Assembly (NCBI GenBank): GCA_047624355.1
Contig: JBLHPQ010000003.1
Coordinates: forward strand, 31,747-95,746
Source of the DNA: Flavobacteriaceae bacterium
GTDB taxonomy: Bacteria; Bacteroidota; Bacteroidia; Flavobacteriales_D; Crocinitomicaceae
Length of the DNA stretch: 64,000 bases
Reading direction: 5' to 3'
Of this stretch, positions 58,705-64,000 are shown piece by piece. The stretch's first letter is position 1. Every line of letters starts with the position of its first letter. Both the position numbers and the translations under genes were made by a program. The notes under the pieces were generated by a model that had not been told where the DNA came from, did not search any database, and saw only the letters and a list, made by a program, of their open reading frames with translations.

Positions 58705-59121
58705 ATGTACCCACCAGAATTAGTACAACCGATGAAAGAGGACCTCACGAGCGCTGGATTCAGCCAGTTGACTTCTCCTTCAGATGTTGATAACATGATA
58801 AATAGCGCAGAAGGAACACTTCTTTTAGTAGTGAATTCAGTTTGCGGATGTGCCGCAGGAAATATGCGTCCAGGTGTAAAACTTTCACTCAACAATGATG
58901 CATCACCAGGTTCGCTTGGAACTGTATTTGCTGGAGTTGACGGCGAAGCAACTGCTCAAGCACGAAAGCATTTTTTACCATACCCTCCTTCCTCACCATC
59001 AATTGGTTTGTTTAAGGATGGAAAATTGGTGCACTTTTTAGAAAGACATCATATTGAAGGCGGAACTGCGCAAATGATTGCTGATAATTTAGCAGAAGCA
59101 TACAAAGAGTATTGTAACTAG
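58705..59121 (+). CDS. BrxA/BrxB-family bacilliredoxin
   Basis: 138 aa. N-terminus MYPPELVQPMKEDLT and the active-site CGC motif (NSVCGCAAG). Confidence 0.85.
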   Translation: MYPPELVQPMKEDLTSAGFSQLTSPSDVDNMINSAEGTLLLVVNSVCGCAAGNMRPGVKLSLNNDASPGSLGTVFAGVDGEATAQARKHFLPYPPSSPSIGLFKDGKLVHFLERHHIEGGTAQMIADNLAEAYKEYCN

Positions 59122-59182
59122 ATACGGCTTCGCCTTAGGGCTCAGTACTTAAGGCTAAAAGTATAGCGAAATAACTTTTATG

Positions 59183-59212
59183 AAAGGATCTCCACATGGA
59201 GATCCTTTTTTT
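59183..59212. terminator. bidirectional rho-independent terminator between convergent genes
   Basis: The palindrome GGATCTCCA-CA-TGGAGATCC is flanked by AAA upstream and TTTTTTT downstream. Confidence 0.75.
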
Positions 59213-59462
59213 ATTGTCCAATAATTAGATCGACTTTCTTTGTCCAATCGTGATCGGTGTCGGTGATCGTATTTCCTGCATCATGCGTGCAGATAGCCAG
59301 CCGAACCTTCCTCCATTGGTAGATTGTTATGTCGGCATGATGATTTAGTTCATCAGAAAGCCGAGCGACTTTGAGCACAAATTCAGCTGCTTCCGTTTGA
59401 TTTGAACACACTAATTCCAATATAAGTTCTCCGTTGATTTCATTCCATGTTCCTACTTCCAT
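59211..59462 (-). CDS. phhB: 4a-hydroxytetrahydrobiopterin (pterin-4-alpha-carbinolamine) dehydratase
   Basis: 83 aa. The motif is ELNHHADITIYQWRKVRLAICTHD. It overlaps phhA by 10 nt. Confidence 0.85.
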   Translation of the reverse strand: MEVGTWNEINGELILELVCSNQTEAAEFVLKVARLSDELNHHADITIYQWRKVRLAICTHDAGNTITDTDHDWTKKVDLIIGQ

Positions 59463-60226
59463 CGTTCTTTCAATGTTAAGATTGAATTGTATAATTCTTC
59501 AAAGCTATTAATGACAAAGTACTTAACTTGAAGCTTATCTGTTTCAAAAGACGTTTGCAAAACCTCATCAAGCTCAAAAGGAACGCGCCTGACTCCTTCC
59601 CCTAAAGAAGAAATTGATTCACCATAAGACGATGCAATACCTGCCCCGTAGACCTTTGGCCCATTTTGCTCTATCAAACCAAACTCGATGGTAAACCAAT
59701 ATAAGCGCTGAAGTTGCAGGAGTCGTTCTTCATTCTCAATGTTTGCCTTACCGAGTTTACCAAATTCGTAAATAAACTGAGAAAACACTTCATTAGAGAG
59801 GAGGGGAATATGCCCAAACACGTCGTGAAACATATCCGGTTCTTCCAAATAGTCCAGCTGATCCATTGAACGCAGCCAAGTTGAGGAACAAAACTTCTTA
59901 TCCGCGAGTAACTCAAAGAATTCGTCAACGGGAATTAACCCAGGTACGCATTGAATTTTCCAACCGCTCTCGTTTTTGAACCAACTATCAAGCTGAGAAA
60001 ACTCTGCTACTCTATCAGAATACAAGACAGTTTTCATCTTCCCAAGTGCTTCTAGGTATTCACTGCACGACTTATCTTGCAGGTTAATTACTTGTCGGTC
60101 GAAGAGTGTTTTCCAGACGTCAAAATCCTCTTGTTTGTATTGATCAAATTGTTGTTTCATGGTAAAATTTGGCATTAAAAAACCCGGTTCGTTAAGAACC
60201 AGGACGTAATATAAATGTTTGGACAT
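59453..60226 (-). CDS. phhA: phenylalanine 4-monooxygenase
   Basis: 257 aa with the iron-binding region EPDMFHDVFGHIPLL. Confidence 0.9.
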   Translation of the reverse strand: MSKHLYYVLVLNEPGFLMPNFTMKQQFDQYKQEDFDVWKTLFDRQVINLQDKSCSEYLEALGKMKTVLYSDRVAEFSQLDSWFKNESGWKIQCVPGLIPVDEFFELLADKKFCSSTWLRSMDQLDYLEEPDMFHDVFGHIPLLSNEVFSQFIYEFGKLGKANIENEERLLQLQRLYWFTIEFGLIEQNGPKVYGAGIASSYGESISSLGEGVRRVPFELDEVLQTSFETDKLQVKYFVINSFEELYNSILTLKERWK

Positions 60227-60475
60227 ATTACTGAGCTAGCCTATCGTTTACGAAGCTTGGATACCAATAATATGTTGTTTGTACATTCATTATTAATCAA
60301 ATATAATGAAGTCTAGTAATACATCACCATATTAAACTAAAATTGAGTACTATTTCCAATCATCTTCGCACTCTATACTTGTTTTTTCTAAAAAAAACTG
60401 ACAACTTGAGTCATCCTTTTAAAACAAAGCTGTTAAACGATTACTTTAATCACTTTCTTTATATTTGGTACCCAC

Positions 60476-62569
60476 ATGAAAAATATCCTTTTATCCTTGA
60501 TTTTGTTTCTTAGCTGGAGTGTGGCGACGTATGCACAGGTCCAGAGTATAGATGTCTCGAATCAAGTTACAACGCCCAATCACTATATTATTCCAAAAGT
60601 AATTGGGGGAATTCCAATAGACGGTATTGCTGAAGAAGTTTGGGAGAAATCAGAATTTACGCAGGAATTTGTAGACATTGAAGGTCAGAAAGCTGTTGCC
60701 TATTCTACCAAAATAAAGATGCTGTGGGATGTCAATTACCTCTATGTATATGCCGAGCTTGAAGATCCACATATATGGGGAGATATTACTAAACGCGATG
60801 CCATTATCTATTATAATAATGATTTCGAAGTGTTCGTAGATCCTTCTGGAAAAGGTGAGGTCTATGGCGAAATCGAAATGAATGCACTCAATACTGTTTG
60901 GGATTTACTCTTGAATAAACCCTACCGTTCGGGTGGTTTCGCAAATTTTCATTGGGATTTAGATAGTCTTATAACCGCTGTTCACGTCGACGGATCGTTA
61001 AATAACCCGTCAGATGTAGACAAGCGTTGGACCTTAGAAATGGCGATCCCGATGAAGGCATTAATCGAATTAAAAAATGACCATCGCATGCCAATTAAGG
61101 AAGGGGATCAATGGAGAATGAACTTCTCTCGGGTTCAATGGGAACACGATTTGGTTGATGGATCATACACACGTAAAAAAATAAACGGGGCCTTCCAGCC
61201 TGAGCAAAATTGGGTATGGAGCGAACAGACAGCTATCAACATGCACCTCCCTGAAATGTGGGGAACCGTTCAGTTTACCCATAGGCAATCAGGTGATGGT
61301 GTCGTTTTCAATGCTGATCCCGATCAATCGATAAAGCAAGTCCTGTATGCTTTGTATAGAAAGGTTAGAATTAGCGCTGGATCAAAGATAATCCCCAATG
61401 AAGTTGGTCAGGAAGTTGAAATAACTGCCCGATACAGCGCGAACGACTCAGTGTTAGTCAAGCTTGTGAAAACACACTTCGGATATGAATTAAGCGCTTT
61501 GAGTTCGTCAACCAGTCTAATTCACATCGTGAATGAAAAAGGGGAACGTACTCAATTCCTAAATAAACCACAGCTAGAAAAACCGTTCACGCTTTCTACT
61601 TGGTCACATGGATCAAAGGATATGGACAGCGCGATTTGGCTTGCTAAACTCGATGAATATGCTTCAATGGGCATTTCAGAAGTATTAGTTGGCGGGAGCC
61701 CTGAATTTTTGGCAGATTTAGTTCAGCTAGCGAAGCCAAAAAACATCAAGATTCATGCATGGATGTGGACCTTAAATAGGCCTAATGACACCATTGCAAA
61801 TAAGCATCCTGAATGGTACGCGGTGAATCGAAATGGTGAAAACTCCTTAGATTACAGAGCGTATGTTGATTACTATCAATGGCTTAGTCCGTTTAGCGAA
61901 GACGCGAGAGAATATATAAAGAACAATGTAAAAAAGTTGCTCGCCGTGGAAGGATTGGCATCCATACACTTAGATTACGTCAGGTATGTAGATGTCATTC
62001 TAGGTGCTGATTTACAACCCAAATATAATTTAGTGCAAACGGAAGAAATGCCAGAATACGACTATGGTTATCACCCAAATGCCCTCTCTGGATATGAAGA
62101 TTTGTTCGGAATAAATCCGATAGAAATGGAGCATCCTGAATTGAGTACAGAGTGGAGGCAGTATCGATTAAATGCGGTTACATCACTCGTGAATGAAATT
62201 GCTGAGATGGTACACACGAAAGATCAACTGTTAACAGCTGCTGTGTTTCCTTTCCCGGAAATGTCGCGGCAGATGGTTCGTCAAGCTTGGGACGATTGGG
62301 ATTTAGATGCTGCATACCCTATGATTTATCACAATTTTTACCGCCAAAACATCAATTGGGTTGGCTACGCGACGGAACAAGGCGTGAAGGATGTAGATTT
62401 TCCAATTAATACTGGGCTTTATATCCCTGGTTTTAACAATGCAGAAGAATTTGAAGAGGCAATTCTACTTGCTAGGGCTAAAGGTGCAGTAGGTGTTTCC
62501 ATTTTCACGGCAGATGGACTGAAGCAAGAGTTCAAGGATGTTCTAAAAAAACTTCATTCGTTGAAGTAG
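60476..62569 (+). CDS. secreted two-domain protein: CBM9-like carbohydrate-binding module plus glycoside-hydrolase-like (GHL10/DUF187-type) TIM barrel
   Basis: 697 aa with a signal peptide. The N-terminal part (..DGIAEEVWEKS...NDFEVFVDP...WRMNFSRVQW) resembles CBM9. The C-terminal part (HAWMWTLN...IHLDYVRY) resembles GHL10. Confidence 0.6.
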   Translation: MKNILLSLILFLSWSVATYAQVQSIDVSNQVTTPNHYIIPKVIGGIPIDGIAEEVWEKSEFTQEFVDIEGQKAVAYSTKIKMLWDVNYLYVYAELEDPHIWGDITKRDAIIYYNNDFEVFVDPSGKGEVYGEIEMNALNTVWDLLLNKPYRSGGFANFHWDLDSLITAVHVDGSLNNPSDVDKRWTLEMAIPMKALIELKNDHRMPIKEGDQWRMNFSRVQWEHDLVDGSYTRKKINGAFQPEQNWVWSEQTAINMHLPEMWGTVQFTHRQSGDGVVFNADPDQSIKQVLYALYRKVRISAGSKIIPNEVGQEVEITARYSANDSVLVKLVKTHFGYELSALSSSTSLIHIVNEKGERTQFLNKPQLEKPFTLSTWSHGSKDMDSAIWLAKLDEYASMGISEVLVGGSPEFLADLVQLAKPKNIKIHAWMWTLNRPNDTIANKHPEWYAVNRNGENSLDYRAYVDYYQWLSPFSEDAREYIKNNVKKLLAVEGLASIHLDYVRYVDVILGADLQPKYNLVQTEEMPEYDYGYHPNALSGYEDLFGINPIEMEHPELSTEWRQYRLNAVTSLVNEIAEMVHTKDQLLTAAVFPFPEMSRQMVRQAWDDWDLDAAYPMIYHNFYRQNINWVGYATEQGVKDVDFPINTGLYIPGFNNAEEFEEAILLARAKGAVGVSIFTADGLKQEFKDVLKKLHSLK

Positions 62570-62596
62570 CAGTCTTTAGAAGACGTCGTGAAAGTT

Positions 62597-64000
62597 TCAT
62601 TTCGCAGTTTGAGCTAAACAATATCCCCCCCCTTGATCCCCGCTTCCTGGCCCCAAAGAAACAACATGATTCGCACTTCCAATCAAAGTTTCGTTGTGTT
62701 CGATAAACACAATCGTATGCCCATTAGACACGATGTTGTTGAATAATTCTATAAGTTTCAACACATCAAAATAATGCAACCCTGTACTTGGTTCATCAAA
62801 TAAATAAAGTTTCCTTCCTTCTCGCTTATCCATAAGCGTTTTCGCGAGTTTTAAACGTTGTCCCTCACCTCCAGAAAGTGTGTTTCCGCTTTGTCCAAGT
62901 TGCACATGCCCCACGCCAACTTCTTGAAGAATCTTTAAATCGCGCTGAATGTCTTTTCCTATAAAAAACTCAGTAGCTTCATTTACCGTCATTTGAAGTA
63001 CATCGCCTAATGATTTACCATTCATTGTACACGAAAGAACCAACTCAGAGTAGCGTAAGCCGTCGCATTCCGTGCAGGGTAGCCAGATATCGCCTAAGAA
63101 ATCTAGACTCGTTTTTTCTTTCCCATATCCCGAGCATGTTGGACATTTTCCAAGCTTACTTTGATAACTAAAATCAGCTCTTTTCAAGCCCATTTTCCTT
63201 GCTTCCTCCAGTTTAGAATAGAGCGATTTCAACTGATCCATCAAGTTCGTGTAAGTAGCAGGAGTATTCAGTGCACTCGCAAAAAAGGGCTCCTGATTGA
63301 TTAAGTGAACCTCATCAAATTGCGCGAAACCAAAAATTGAGCTACAACCAACCGCTTTTTTCGACTGCCAGGATTTGTAGAGAACATCCTCAATCAAGGT
63401 TGATTTTCCACTTCCGGAAACACCTGTAATTGCTGTAATTCTCGCTGAATTCAACGCGAGATCAATGTCCTTTAGGTTGTTCTTATGCGCTCCAACAATT
63501 CCAAAGCTGTTGGTGGGAGAGGTAAACTTCTTTGCTCTTTGATCAGTAGTTGATTTCAACAATTTATTCGTCAGCGTATTTGGGTGTTTCGAAATCTCGG
63601 AGCGAGCTCCTTGAAACATTATTTCTCCTCCTCCCTTTCCGGCAAGCGGACCCAATTCAATCAGATAATCAGCGCTTTCAATGAAACCTTTATCGTGTTC
63701 CACAACTACGACAGTATTTCCATTGGAGATGACTTTTCTCAGGACGTCGATCAATGCGCGAACATGTTTACTATCCAGACCGATCGTTGGCTCATCTAGA
63801 ATGTACGTCACTCCATAAAGTTGCGTTGATAATTGACCGGCAAGCGCTACCCGCTGTCGTTCGCCTCCAGAAAGTGTTTTCATCGCACGACTGACACCTA
63901 AATAACCCAACCCTAAAGCTATCAAGTTACCAAGCGTGGAAATCACTCCGGGCAAAACAACCTTGCTGATTGCTCTCATTTCAGGACTTTCTTGTTCCGA
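62597..64000 (-). CDS. UvrA-like ABC ATPase (partial; N-terminus lies beyond the window end)
   Basis: The reading frame is open to the window edge. It has an ABC signature (LSGGERQRV), a second Walker A (GVSGSGKST), a zinc finger (CPTCSGYGKE...CTECDG) and a second signature (LSGGEGQRL). Confidence 0.85.
   Translation of the reverse strand, partial: SEQESPEMRAISKVVLPGVISTLGNLIALGLGYLGVSRAMKTLSGGERQRVALAGQLSTQLYGVTYILDEPTIGLDSKHVRALIDVLRKVISNGNTVVVVEHDKGFIESADYLIELGPLAGKGGGEIMFQGARSEISKHPNTLTNKLLKSTTDQRAKKFTSPTNSFGIVGAHKNNLKDIDLALNSARITAITGVSGSGKSTLIEDVLYKSWQSKKAVGCSSIFGFAQFDEVHLINQEPFFASALNTPATYTNLMDQLKSLYSKLEEARKMGLKRADFSYQSKLGKCPTCSGYGKEKTSLDFLGDIWLPCTECDGLRYSELVLSCTMNGKSLGDVLQMTVNEATEFFIGKDIQRDLKILQEVGVGHVQLGQSGNTLSGGEGQRLKLAKTLMDKREGRKLYLFDEPSTGLHYFDVLKLIELFNNIVSNGHTIVFIEHNETLIGSANHVVSLGPGSGDQGGGYCLAQTAK

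Noticed and set aside
1-64000. CRISPR arrays, rRNA, tRNA, tmRNA, RNase P RNA, and transposase, integrase or IS elements
   Set aside because: No spaced direct repeats are present; the only tandem repeat is the coding one in infB. I saw no tRNA T-loop/acceptor-type sequence or conserved RNase P or tmRNA core. No ORF has transposase or integrase motifs.

Overview
The window looks like an AT-rich chromosomal segment from a Bacteroidota, probably Flavobacteriia-like, genome. Supporting signs are several proteins with type IX secretion (T9SS) C-terminal sorting domains, a GxxExxY-family gene, an OmpA protein with TSP3 repeats, TAnnTTTG-type promoter elements, and few Shine-Dalgarno sites. About 60 protein genes are supported. 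I found no rRNA, tRNA, tmRNA, RNase P RNA, CRISPR array, transposase or integrase.

Layout:
- 1-14.7 kb: envelope and redox accessory genes. These are a PAP2 phosphatase, a di-haem cytochrome c peroxidase, a T9SS-exported thioredoxin-fold protein, GNATs, an amidohydrolase, AraC regulators, a TRIC channel, an OmpA/TSP3 protein and a YceI-like protein.
- 15.2-25.8 kb: one co-directional cluster encoding the whole reductive pyrimidine degradation route. It has an NCS1 importer, a cytosine deaminase, PreT/PreA, a dihydropyrimidinase, a beta-ureidopropionase, a transaminase and MmsA, and it is interrupted by a GxxExxY gene.
- 25.9-31.6 kb: a 621-bp region with no convincing gene, then an ECF-type sigma factor, a 788-aa anti-sigma-like membrane protein with a c-type haem domain, and an orphan PqiA-like protein.
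- 31.6-39.9 kb: a decayed GNAT pseudogene, a T9SS-exported S51 peptidase, hypothetical secreted proteins, a small polybasic secreted peptide, radA and T9SS cargo genes.
- 39.9-64 kb: core genes. These are LPS glycosyltransferases, an MltD-like transglycosylase, gatA, tatA, the rimP-nusA-infB operon, nrdAB, comF, a bacilliredoxin, phhAB, a CBM9/GH-like protein and a partial UvrA-like ATPase.

The most unusual candidates are:
- the sigma / haem-c anti-sigma pair;
- a 31-nt ECF-like promoter motif shared by two neighbouring redox-related genes;
- the roughly 100-aa periplasmic insert in the NCS1 transporter;
- the hairpin-preceded GxxExxY gene inside the pyrimidine operon.

All functional calls rest on motifs read directly from the ORF translations. 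No database search was run.
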